Part shown: positions 18,250-26,303 of the stretch, in pieces
Numbering within the stretch: the first letter of the stretch is position 1
How the letters are laid out: each line of letters opens with the position of its first letter
Assembly (NCBI GenBank): GCA_016202875.1
Contig: JACQNX010000054.1
Span: 1-47,749 of the forward strand
Source: Candidatus Aenigmatarchaeota archaeon
GTDB lineage: Archaea; Aenigmatarchaeota; Aenigmatarchaeia; GW2011-AR5
Length of the DNA: 47,749 nt
Reading direction: 5' to 3'
The notes under the pieces: generated by a model
The model's database searches: none
What the model saw: only the letters and a program-made list of their open reading frames with translations
What the model was told of the DNA's origin: nothing
Made by a program: the position numbers and the translations under genes

Positions 18250-19244
18250 ATTATCACTTCCTCACGCAAGTCATGGCTTTTCATTACAGTACTAAGTTCT
18301 TCCATGCTGCAGGTCGCTGTGCCAAATTTCGCCACCACAACGCCGGCTGCATAATTGGCCAGCCGCAATGCGTCGTAATAGCTGGCGCCTGCTGCCAGTC
18401 CAAGGGCGTAGACACTGACCACTGTATCGCCAGCACCTGTAACGTCTATTATATCAAGGCCGTTCTTCACAGCCTTCACTGCTGTGTACTTGTCGTTTTC
18501 AAATAGAAGCATCCCATCCTCGCCCATAGTGACAAGCACATAGCCAATATTGTTATCTTGAATAATGCCTCTTGCATAAGGAAACATGTTTTTCGGAGCC
18601 CTGTCAGATTTTATTTTTCCGTATTCTAGAAATTCCTTGAAATTCGGAGTAATTACACTGGCACCTTTGTATTTCGAGAACGGCGCCTTAGGATCAACTA
18701 TAACCATTTTGCCCCGCTGCGCGGCAGTATCTATTACAGTCCTGCATAAACCATCTGTTAGAAAGCCTTTGGCATAGTCGGAAATTACTATTATATCGAG
18801 CCTGTCCAGCACCTCATACATTTGGCGCATAGACGCGGCTTCGATAAAAGAAGGGATGCTATGCTTCTTTTCCCAGTCTATACGCGCGATCTGCTGTTTC
18901 TGAACTATTATTCTATTTTTCCGTATTGTAGGCCTTTCAGGATCTTTTATTGTCATATCATGGATTTTTTGTTTGGCTAAGAGAGAAGATACAATTCCTG
19001 ATGCAGCGTCATCACCAACAACAGAAAAAAGGTACACATCCGCACCCAACGCTGTTATATTGCTTGCCACGTTCCCACAACCACCCAGTTTGTACTCTGT
19101 AAATTCAGCCTCTACCACAGGGACAGGCGCTTCTGGCGATATGCGGTTTACGCTGCCATAAGTAAAGTCATCCAGCATAATATCACCGAAGACGCCTATC
19201 GTAACATTACTGAAATGCTCAAGAACCGTAGCCAATTGATTCAT
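18246..19244 (-). CDS. hldE: D-glycero-beta-D-manno-heptose 7-phosphate kinase (stand-alone HldE domain I, PfkB family)
   Basis: PfkB motif 'DVTGAGDTVVSV', N-terminal 'IGVFGDIMLDDFTYG', and its context with gmhA/gmhB. Confidence 0.8.
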   Translation of the reverse strand: MNQLATVLEHFSNVTIGVFGDIMLDDFTYGSVNRISPEAPVPVVEAEFTEYKLGGCGNVASNITALGADVYLFSVVGDDAASGIVSSLLAKQKIHDMTIKDPERPTIRKNRIIVQKQQIARIDWEKKHSIPSFIEAASMRQMYEVLDRLDIIVISDYAKGFLTDGLCRTVIDTAAQRGKMVIVDPKAPFSKYKGASVITPNFKEFLEYGKIKSDRAPKNMFPYARGIIQDNNIGYVLVTMGEDGMLLFENDKYTAVKAVKNGLDIIDVTGAGDTVVSVYALGLAAGASYYDALRLANYAAGVVVAKFGTATCSMEELSTVMKSHDLREEVIM

Positions 19245-19266
19245 ACTTTTTCATACTTCTGGAGTC

Positions 19267-19274
19267 TTTAAATA
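19267..19274. promoter_or_regulatory. palindromic TATA box (TTTAAATA) serving the heptose operon, possibly also the divergent gene
   Basis: Centred about 26 nt from the minus-strand ATG at 19244, which would make that transcript leaderless. Confidence 0.4.
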
Positions 19275-19326
19275 GGTTGTGGGGCGATTGGGAAAATCTT
19301 ATTATCAGGCAGAGCAATGTAAATAT

Positions 19327-19950
19327 ATGAGAATTCTCAAGTCTTTTCCTGTTCAGGACAAGAAAACTGAGCAGGTGTCAAAGGTTTTTGATGCAGCGAT
19401 CACTAAATTTGATTATCCCTGGAGATTTGACAGGATAGAGCTACATGTCAGGGATGAAAACAAAGTCATGGCAAACGAAGAGGCTGGCATAATTGTTCTG
19501 GACTACAACGATATCTTTATTCAGGCGATGGATGCGAAAGGTATTGCTGTACTTATACTGAGGGCGCTATTCACGTTGATTACAAGAGAGGCCTGCGGCA
19601 GCTTGCCCACTGTTATAGAAGACATTATTGCGAACAGGGAGATGATAAAGAGGGGTTATGGTGAGGCGCTGGTTTACTATTACTACCAGAAAAAAATCAC
19701 TGAGCAAAGGCACACAACCGGCCTTGAAGACGATGTAGTATGGCTAAGCTTTTACATTGATGATAAATACAATGCTGACTTTTTCAGACAGCAGAAGAAA
19801 GAAAGTGGCCGTCAGGACGTACGCAATCTTGTGGAATGCTTAAAGCAGGACTTGGCTGATAGAGAAAAGCTGGGCACAGCACTGCGCCTTTACTATGTGC
19901 ACACCAGGAAAGCAGGGGCAGAAGCAGCGGGGATGAGAGCATGCAGATAA
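19327..19950 (+). CDS. hypothetical protein
   Basis: Long ORF with protein-like composition and no motif I recognise. I prefer the ATG at 19327 over the GTG at 19279, which lies too close to the TATA box. Overlaps the next gene by 10 nt. Confidence 0.5.
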   Translation: MRILKSFPVQDKKTEQVSKVFDAAITKFDYPWRFDRIELHVRDENKVMANEEAGIIVLDYNDIFIQAMDAKGIAVLILRALFTLITREACGSLPTVIEDIIANREMIKRGYGEALVYYYYQKKITEQRHTTGLEDDVVWLSFYIDDKYNADFFRQQKKESGRQDVRNLVECLKQDLADREKLGTALRLYYVHTRKAGAEAAGMRACR

Positions 19951-20738
19951 TAAAATACAAATGGCAGGACTGGAGCCCTCATTTTGTTGTGCGAGATGGA
20001 GGCGAGCTGAAAAAAATGGACTTGCTGGGAAAAGACATTAACTTCAGAATAGGGAAGAACATATGCACAGGCTTTATGCGTGATGGCAAACATTTTCCAT
20101 GCAAAAACAGGAGGGAAGTTGTGGATTCTATATGCAATGAATGCAAGCCCGAGGATGACTATTTCTTCTGCATACGGTGCGACGGCTCGGAATGCATAAA
20201 CAGGAAAAAAAGGGACGAGTGTCAGGAAAATTATTATTATATTTACCTTGCTGCATTTGGTCATATGTTGAAGGTTGGCATATCACATGAATTCCGGCTC
20301 TTGGGGAGGCTGGTTGAGCAGGGGGCAGATTTCGGGGCGAAGATTGCCAGAGTGCAGGACGGCAAGCTTGTCAGGGCCATGGAGCAGCAGATAAAGAAGG
20401 AGATAAATGTCGTGGACAGGATAACAGGCGAGCAGAAGTTTAGCACGCTTTTCGGGAATCCGAACATTGCTGTCGCAAATATTTTCAGGGCTGTTTCCCT
20501 CCTGAAGACAAACGGATTTTCCCAGCATCTTATCGGACCTGAGGTTTATGACCTGAGGGAATACTATAATCTGCAAAATGTTTTGTTGCAGCCACAAGAA
20601 ACGGCAGTGCACGAGGGACTGGACATTGATGGCCGCGTGGTTTCTGCCAAGGGCAACCTGATAATCCTGCAGAAAGAAAAAATGTTCTTTTCTGTAAATG
20701 CACACCGGCTGGTTGGCAGAGAAATATTGGCAACCTGA
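19941..20738 (+). CDS. Cys-rich Zn-ribbon protein with GIY-YIG/T5orf172-like (DUF2797-like) core
   Basis: Eight Cys residues in 'CTGF..C..CNEC..CIRCDGSEC..C', then 'YYIYLAAFGHMLKVGISHEFRLLGRL...AMEQQIKKEI', which fits a GIY-x8-[YK][IV]G-x-S...R pattern. Confidence 0.45.
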   Translation: MQIIKYKWQDWSPHFVVRDGGELKKMDLLGKDINFRIGKNICTGFMRDGKHFPCKNRREVVDSICNECKPEDDYFFCIRCDGSECINRKKRDECQENYYYIYLAAFGHMLKVGISHEFRLLGRLVEQGADFGAKIARVQDGKLVRAMEQQIKKEINVVDRITGEQKFSTLFGNPNIAVANIFRAVSLLKTNGFSQHLIGPEVYDLREYYNLQNVLLQPQETAVHEGLDIDGRVVSAKGNLIILQKEKMFFSVNAHRLVGREILAT

Positions 20739-20783
20739 CATCAAATAGATCACAATTTAAGATTTCAGCGCGTTATTAACATC

Positions 20784-21434
20784 ATGGAAGTCTTCAAGGG
20801 CATTCATATAATCCCCGGCATTGCTCATGATTCCAACATATACATCATTGATAACGAGATCCTGGTTGATACAGGAACAGGCGAGTTCTTCCATCAAAAC
20901 CGCAGGGATATTGAGCAAGCGCTTGATATCAAAAGACTCAAACTTATCATCAATACTCACTATCATTTTGACCATACAGGAGGGAACAAGAAATTCCGAG
21001 ACTGGCTGCGCGTGCCGATAGCAACGCACGCTGCGGACAAAGATTTCATAGAACGGGGGAGAACGCTTGCTGAGTCCTTTCACCAAGTTGCGAAGATCGT
21101 GACAATAGACAAAGAGATCAGGGATGACGATGTTATAAACACAGAAAATTTTGAGCTTTCTGTTCTACACACGCCAGGGCACAGCGCTGGCAGCATCTGC
21201 ATCTATGAGCCGCAGAACAAGATACTCATATCAGGGGACACGCTTTTTGAGAGCGCTGCCGGAAGGACAGACCTGCCCGGAGGAAATTACAATGAACTGA
21301 AGTTCTCCCTGGAGAAGCTGGACAAGTACAATATCCAGTATCTTTTCCCGGGCCACGGAATGCCAAAAACAGGCGGCGTCAATTTCCTCATCAAGAAGCT
21401 CCTCACTTCGCTGGACACGGCAGCGATGATTTAA
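20784..21434 (+). CDS. MBL-fold metallo-hydrolase
   Basis: 'INTHYHFDHTGGN', 'HTPGHSAGS' and 'GDTLF'. Confidence 0.85.
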   Translation: MEVFKGIHIIPGIAHDSNIYIIDNEILVDTGTGEFFHQNRRDIEQALDIKRLKLIINTHYHFDHTGGNKKFRDWLRVPIATHAADKDFIERGRTLAESFHQVAKIVTIDKEIRDDDVINTENFELSVLHTPGHSAGSICIYEPQNKILISGDTLFESAAGRTDLPGGNYNELKFSLEKLDKYNIQYLFPGHGMPKTGGVNFLIKKLLTSLDTAAMI

Positions 21435-21482
21435 ATATGCAGGATGGAATTTTCTTCTTCCGGTTCTCTATTTTTTATTATG

Positions 21483-22502
21483 CTATACGACAGAAATAAT
21501 CTTCTCATCCTCGTCTATCATGAACTTCACGGGCAGGAACTTTTCGATGACCCAGATGTTCGTCCTGGTATGGGAGGTTATCTTCGGTGCCCTGATCCTG
21601 CTGGGCGCGGCAAGGGCCATGTAGGGCAGGAGCTGGTCTTCTGCGTATTCGTCGACTGCAGCAGTGGAATTGATCTGTTCAAGCAGGGCGCGGGCAGCCT
21701 CCATTCCAACCTTTTCTGCCGACTTGTTCCTTTCGCCAAGCGCATTTGCGCCCAAGATTGTATGCTCAAATACAGCTTCCAGCTCCACGCCAGAGCCCAG
21801 CGAAGCTGTATCTGTATATACTGCAGTTATGTCAGGGACGATGTTAATTCCGCCTTTAATTTCTTTGGCAGCAGACGTTTCCTGCCTTTCGGCGACAGAA
21901 GCGTTTTTTAGAGCCAGTGACGCATGAGTGATGCCTGTAATTGAGAGCAGTTTGCCTCTTTCTATGAGGTTCAGAGCGGCAAGCTTTGCCGGCATAATTT
22001 CCACTTCGACAACAGCATCGCCTGATGGATAATAGCCATATTTTTTAACTATTAGAGACATTTTGTACCCCATTTTTTCTAACAATGGTAGCAACACAGA
22101 TTTTACGTAATTTATCGGGGGTGCCCATTTGCCATGCGTTGCGCCGCCTTTGAATATGATCTTTACAGGCGATTCGGCATGGAGAGCTGGTATCATCATG
22201 GCCTGAAGGACGAGGCTGATGCTGCCTGCTGTGGGGATGTTTACCTTAATTTCTCCAGATTTTATTTTGCCGGGCGCGAAAGTTATTTCTGTGCTGCCGA
22301 TTTCCAAACCGGCAACATCAGCATCGCATAAGGTCTGGACAGCCTTTATTGCTTCCAGATGCTGGTGCTTTAAGCCGGGCTGAGGACGGCCTTTGCGAAT
22401 GTTGAAGATCCTGCAAGGCTTCTGTGTGACAGCAGAGAGCGCGACAGCTGTGCGCAAAATCTGGCCGCCGGCTTCGCCCACAGATCCGTCTATTTGTATC
22501 AT
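21483..22502 (-). CDS. rtcA: RNA 3'-terminal phosphate cyclase
   Basis: 'MIQIDGSVGEAGGQILRTAVALSAVTQKPCRIFNIRKGRPQPGLKHQHL' is the RtcA N-terminal signature. 339 aa. Confidence 0.9.
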   Translation of the reverse strand: MIQIDGSVGEAGGQILRTAVALSAVTQKPCRIFNIRKGRPQPGLKHQHLEAIKAVQTLCDADVAGLEIGSTEITFAPGKIKSGEIKVNIPTAGSISLVLQAMMIPALHAESPVKIIFKGGATHGKWAPPINYVKSVLLPLLEKMGYKMSLIVKKYGYYPSGDAVVEVEIMPAKLAALNLIERGKLLSITGITHASLALKNASVAERQETSAAKEIKGGINIVPDITAVYTDTASLGSGVELEAVFEHTILGANALGERNKSAEKVGMEAARALLEQINSTAAVDEYAEDQLLPYMALAAPSRIRAPKITSHTRTNIWVIEKFLPVKFMIDEDEKIISVV

Positions 22503-22535
22503 AACACAGCATGACCAGAAACCTTTAAATCAGCT

Positions 22536-23228
22536 GTGATTATTCACAGACCTATGGCAGTTTATTCAATTGAAGATGAAACAGGATTAGCAAAAGAATT
22601 ACAGCCATCTGTCATGCCTTTAGCCGAGGCAACGAAAGTTATAGATTTTCCATCTGATGCAAGAGGCAAAAGGACTCTGGACATAGGCGCAGGCCAGAGC
22701 GCATGCACAGCACGACTCAGGATTCAGGGAGCTGAAGCATATGCTATTGATCCTCGGTATACAGATATGGCGAAACTGGACGAAGAAACATCGAGAGCTA
22801 TTGAAATAGCAAGATCAAGACTTTCTTTGCACCGCGGTGCTGCAATAGGAAAAAGATATTATAAACTGATGCAGGCAGCAAGGCAGGCTTTTAAAAGGGA
22901 TTATAGAGCACATAATAGATTTTACATAAATGCTTTTGCCGGAGATTTGCCATTTGACTCCAACTCTTTTGATTTTGTGTTTTCTATAAACTGCATTACT
23001 CATGGATTAGACGTAGACGATGTAATTTTTCGGAGAGCAATACAAGAGGCTTACCGAGTGGCAAAGGTCCGTAGCGAAATACAGATTTACCCTTTTTTGC
23101 TAAAGTCAAATGAAAGAATAAGAAAGTATCATGAACGATTACTTCAGGAAGAGAGCCTTGAGTATTCTGTAGAAGCTGTGCCTGAATTCAATTCTAACAG
23201 ACTCCGCATAAGAAAACACCAACAATAA
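22536..23228 (+). CDS. class I SAM-dependent methyltransferase-like protein
   Basis: Motif I-like 'TLDIGAGQSACT' and 'FDFVFSINCITH'. GTG start; an ATG at 22554 is an alternative. Confidence 0.6.
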   Translation: MIIHRPMAVYSIEDETGLAKELQPSVMPLAEATKVIDFPSDARGKRTLDIGAGQSACTARLRIQGAEAYAIDPRYTDMAKLDEETSRAIEIARSRLSLHRGAAIGKRYYKLMQAARQAFKRDYRAHNRFYINAFAGDLPFDSNSFDFVFSINCITHGLDVDDVIFRRAIQEAYRVAKVRSEIQIYPFLLKSNERIRKYHERLLQEESLEYSVEAVPEFNSNRLRIRKHQQ

Positions 23229-23247
23229 CAATAAAAAGATTTAGGCA

Positions 23248-23451
23248 TTGCTCAAGGGCGGCCTGAAAAAGACGGAAGAAATACAGGCACAGCTGGACAT
23301 GCAGAAAAGCGTAACGCGGAAGTCTTCGTCTTTCCTGAAGGACTCGAGGCTTATCAAGAAACAGAGAATAAGAGGAGACGAATTCTACCTGATAACAGAA
23401 AATGGCAGGACCGCAATAGACAGGGTTTACAAGAGGCTGAGCATCGCCTAA
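23248..23451 (+). CDS. small winged-helix-like protein (TTG start)
   Basis: 'KSVTRKSSSFLKDSRLIKKQRIRGDEFYLITENG' looks like a recognition helix plus wing. Short, and the start is non-canonical. Confidence 0.35.
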   Translation: MLKGGLKKTEEIQAQLDMQKSVTRKSSSFLKDSRLIKKQRIRGDEFYLITENGRTAIDRVYKRLSIA

Positions 23452-24686
23452 ATCTCCAAGGTTTCCCCGTTGGCTGGCGCGACAGCTTCTATGCCTGCCG
23501 TTTCTGTTATGTCTTTGGCGAACTTTTTGCAGTCATCGCCATGGACGCAGACAACAAGCTCCGGGTTAATGTGCTTTATTATTTTGTAGAGCCCTGACTT
23601 GTCGGCATGGGCACTCAGGTCGAGCTTGTGCAGGCCGCATTTGACTTCAAAACGCTCATCCAAATTTTCGAAGATGCTGGTTTGCATCAGATTTCTGCCG
23701 GGCGTGCCTTCTATGAGAAAGCCTGTGAAAACTACTTTGGAATTCGCGTCGTCTTTGATTTCGCGCAGGTAATGCACAGCAGGCCCGCCTCCGAGCATGC
23801 CGGCTGAGGAGACGATTATCTGGTGCTTGCCCAGTGCCCTGCCGCGCTCTTCATGCGTTTTAATGAACTTTACCTGCGATAAAATGTTACGCAGCTTTTT
23901 TGCATTCTTCAGATGAACTCCGTAATCCTCTATGATCTCACTTGCAGCTTTGACCATGCCATCTATTGCAATGGTGTCAGCATATTTTTCCAAAATTAAT
24001 AGCACCTCTTGTGAGCGGCCTACTGCAAAAACAGGGAGCAGGACAGAGCCTTCGTTGGAGAGGGCTTCTTCCACGTACTCCAGGAGCTTTCCTTCCTCAT
24101 GCCGCCTTTCTGGATGATTCTTGTGGCCGTAGGTGCTTTCTGTAATCAGAACGTCAACTTTTTTGGGAAGGGCGCAGCCGTGAAGAAGGTTGCTCTCGTT
24201 TGTCTGGATGTCGCCTGTGTAAAAGACGGATTTTTTGCTGTGCAGCACGATGCCAGCAGAGCCCGGGATATGGCCTGCGTCATAGAGCTGGCAGGACATA
24301 CTGCCGAGGCGGAAGTGCTCCCCATAATTGACAATTTTTGTGTGCTTGACCATCCTCTGCAGCTCCTGCTTGGAAAATGGAGAAGGATATCCCTCCTTCC
24401 TCGCAACTTTCATAGAGTCCTTTATCAGAAGCGCCGAGAGCTCAAGCGTGACATCTGTCATGTATATGGGCGGCTTGGCTTTGCGGAAGAGCAGAGGGGC
24501 GCCGCCGCAATGGTCCAGATGGGCGTGCGATAGCACAGCGAAATCCGGTTTGCAATCCAGAGGGAATTTAGGCGGCACAGGCTCGATCTTTGTGCCGTAA
24601 TCCAGGACTACAGATTTTTTGTCTTCGACTAAAATAGCGCTGCGGCCTACTTCCTGGCCTGCGCCTAGGATTGTAATCTTGGACAT
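23448..24686 (-). CDS. beta-CASP family MBL-fold ribonuclease (aCPSF2-like, no KH domains)
   Basis: 'VLSHAHLDHCGG', 'DAGHIPGSAG' and the C-terminal 'LSAHAD...VCVHGD' beta-CASP motifs. Confidence 0.85.
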   Translation of the reverse strand: MSKITILGAGQEVGRSAILVEDKKSVVLDYGTKIEPVPPKFPLDCKPDFAVLSHAHLDHCGGAPLLFRKAKPPIYMTDVTLELSALLIKDSMKVARKEGYPSPFSKQELQRMVKHTKIVNYGEHFRLGSMSCQLYDAGHIPGSAGIVLHSKKSVFYTGDIQTNESNLLHGCALPKKVDVLITESTYGHKNHPERRHEEGKLLEYVEEALSNEGSVLLPVFAVGRSQEVLLILEKYADTIAIDGMVKAASEIIEDYGVHLKNAKKLRNILSQVKFIKTHEERGRALGKHQIIVSSAGMLGGGPAVHYLREIKDDANSKVVFTGFLIEGTPGRNLMQTSIFENLDERFEVKCGLHKLDLSAHADKSGLYKIIKHINPELVVCVHGDDCKKFAKDITETAGIEAVAPANGETLEI

Positions 24687-24864
24687 TATCCAGAACCTCG
24701 TTTCTTATTTTTTGTTTTTACTTTCATTCATACATCATTAAAGATGCTTTTATATGATTGAGAGATAAATACATGCGTATTGGGATGCTGGGGCCGCAGC
24801 ATTAGCAGGATTTGCATTTAACGATTATCATTCAGAAGTATTTGGAGAACTAAGACCGCACCTG

Positions 24865-25116
24865 ATGGTCTTGCCTGCTCTGGCAAGTATGGTTGGAGCG
24901 CGGAATGATTCTGACAGATTAGTTAGAAATGGTTTCGCGGGATTTGCTACACTGGCCGGGTTTTGGGACAGGGGAATAGAAAATGTTCCTGAATACACAA
25001 AAATTGCAAATAAAATTGGCGGATTAATTTCACTAGGCTGTTCGGCGGTTATGGATACAGAAAGAAGACGATTTCAAAGGCATGAGAAGCTCACATTCAA
25101 CTTTGATAAAGAATAA
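24865..25116 (+). CDS. hypothetical small protein (weak)
   Basis: This is the only ORF in a roughly 500-bp gap. It has 'AGFA'-type hydrophobic repeats. The frame stays open for about 28 codons upstream without a start codon. Confidence 0.25.
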   Translation: MVLPALASMVGARNDSDRLVRNGFAGFATLAGFWDRGIENVPEYTKIANKIGGLISLGCSAVMDTERRRFQRHEKLTFNFDKE

Positions 25117-25182
25117 ATCTAGTTCTTTACTTGCTTAGACAGCCATGCCTGCCCAATAGATTTAAAAGCATATTGTATAAAG

Positions 25183-25587
25183 ATGTTTGAAAGGCGATTA
25201 CATGGACTACGATTATCAGGTGCAGGCGAGAAGCTTGGTCCGGTGTTAGCTAGGGCTTTCAACAAGAATCAGATTCTAATTCTAAATGAAATCGCTAATG
25301 AGAAAGGAAATCTGACTGCGGTCCTAAACGGATTAGCCAAGAGGGATAAAATACCACTTTCTACGCTGAAAATGAACGCACATATTCTGCTCGATTTAGA
25401 CTTGATCGTTTTTGAGAATTCTAAGACTGCGGAAATCACAAACCTAGGAAAGTTTGTTCTGACAACTATTCAACGCAATAATGCGAAATCTCCTCATAGC
25501 TCAAGTGGCAGAGCGGTCGGCTGTAACCCGACAGATGCTGGTTCGAGTCTGGCTGAGGAGACTGTCGGAATAAAGAGGAGAGGATGA
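25183..25587 (+). CDS. winged-helix (ArsR/TrmB-like) protein whose ORF reads through the tRNA-Tyr gene
   Basis: 'ILILNEIANEKGNLTAVLNGLAKRDKIPLSTLKMNAHILLDLDLIVFE' is wHTH-like. There is no in-frame stop until 25585-25587, so codons 103-127 lie over the tRNA gene. Confidence 0.5.
   Translation: MFERRLHGLRLSGAGEKLGPVLARAFNKNQILILNEIANEKGNLTAVLNGLAKRDKIPLSTLKMNAHILLDLDLIVFENSKTAEITNLGKFVLTTIQRNNAKSPHSSSGRAVGCNPTDAGSSLAEETVGIKRRG
25490..25561 (+). tRNA. tRNA-Tyr (anticodon GTA), no encoded CCA
   Basis: Manual cloverleaf. Acceptor CTCCTCA/TGAGGAG. D arm GCTC-AAGTGGCA-GAGC. Anticodon arm GTCGG-CTGTAAC-CCGAC. T arm GCTGG-TTCGAGT-CTGGC. Discriminator A. The C1:G72 pair is the archaeal/eukaryal TyrRS identity element. 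Confidence 0.9.
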
Positions 25588-25588
25588 C

Positions 25589-26266
25589 ATGAAAATAACA
25601 TTTAAGCAAGACATTTTAGGAACAATAAAAAAACATGGCGCTATAAATAACGAGTTTTTGACACAATTCGCATCAGGAAAATCAAGCAAAGAAGAAGTGA
25701 AGAGGTTTGCTGTAGAGTTCTACCACTTTTCGAGACACTTCCCTCTCGTCTTGTGCTCTTTGCTGGTAAACACAGCAGACGAAGCAGAGGCTGCAGAGCT
25801 GACAAAAATCTTGACATCAGAGCTTGGGGATGGCATTCCGGAGAAGAGGCATGAACTGCTTTACAGGGATTTTCTTAGATCGGTGAGGATAGAACCAATG
25901 AAAATAATAAAGAGACCGATGCTCAAGACAACAAAGGCTTGGATTGATACACAGATACAGCTATACAGCGGAGACGAGCATTTTGCAGGTTTGGGAGCAT
26001 CATTCGGATTGGAAAATATGGCAATACCTATGTGGGATCAGCTCATCGCAGGATTGAAAATATACAAACAACGATGGTTTCCTGACATGGACATGACTTA
26101 CTTCACATTCCACAGAGAGCTTGAAGAGAAACACGAGGATGCAATGGACACAGTTGTGAATAGTTTAAAACCAGAAGCAGAAGAATCATTTAGGAGAGGA
26201 GTAATGGAGGTGCTGGATGCTGAGACAGCGTTCTGGGTTGGTATTTTGGATAAATACCAAATTTAA
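25589..26266 (+). CDS. haem-oxygenase-like diiron-fold protein (CADD/PqqC/TenA-like 'iron-containing redox enzyme')
   Basis: 'FAVEFYHFSRHFP', 'TSELGDGIPEKRHELLYRDFL' and 'FHRELEEKHEDAM' (an H-x3-E-x2-H ligand triad). GAGGAGAGG Shine-Dalgarno upstream. Confidence 0.65.
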   Translation: MKITFKQDILGTIKKHGAINNEFLTQFASGKSSKEEVKRFAVEFYHFSRHFPLVLCSLLVNTADEAEAAELTKILTSELGDGIPEKRHELLYRDFLRSVRIEPMKIIKRPMLKTTKAWIDTQIQLYSGDEHFAGLGASFGLENMAIPMWDQLIAGLKIYKQRWFPDMDMTYFTFHRELEEKHEDAMDTVVNSLKPEAEESFRRGVMEVLDAETAFWVGILDKYQI

Positions 26267-26303
26267 AAACAGTCAAGGTAATGTAGTTTGAAGAGATGAT
26301 GGT

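Noticed and set aside
25161-25168. TTTAAAAG as the promoter of the wHTH gene.
   Set aside because: Its centre is only about 19 nt from the ATG at 25183. That is too close for the roughly 26-nt spacing seen elsewhere in the window, so the assignment, or the start codon, is uncertain.
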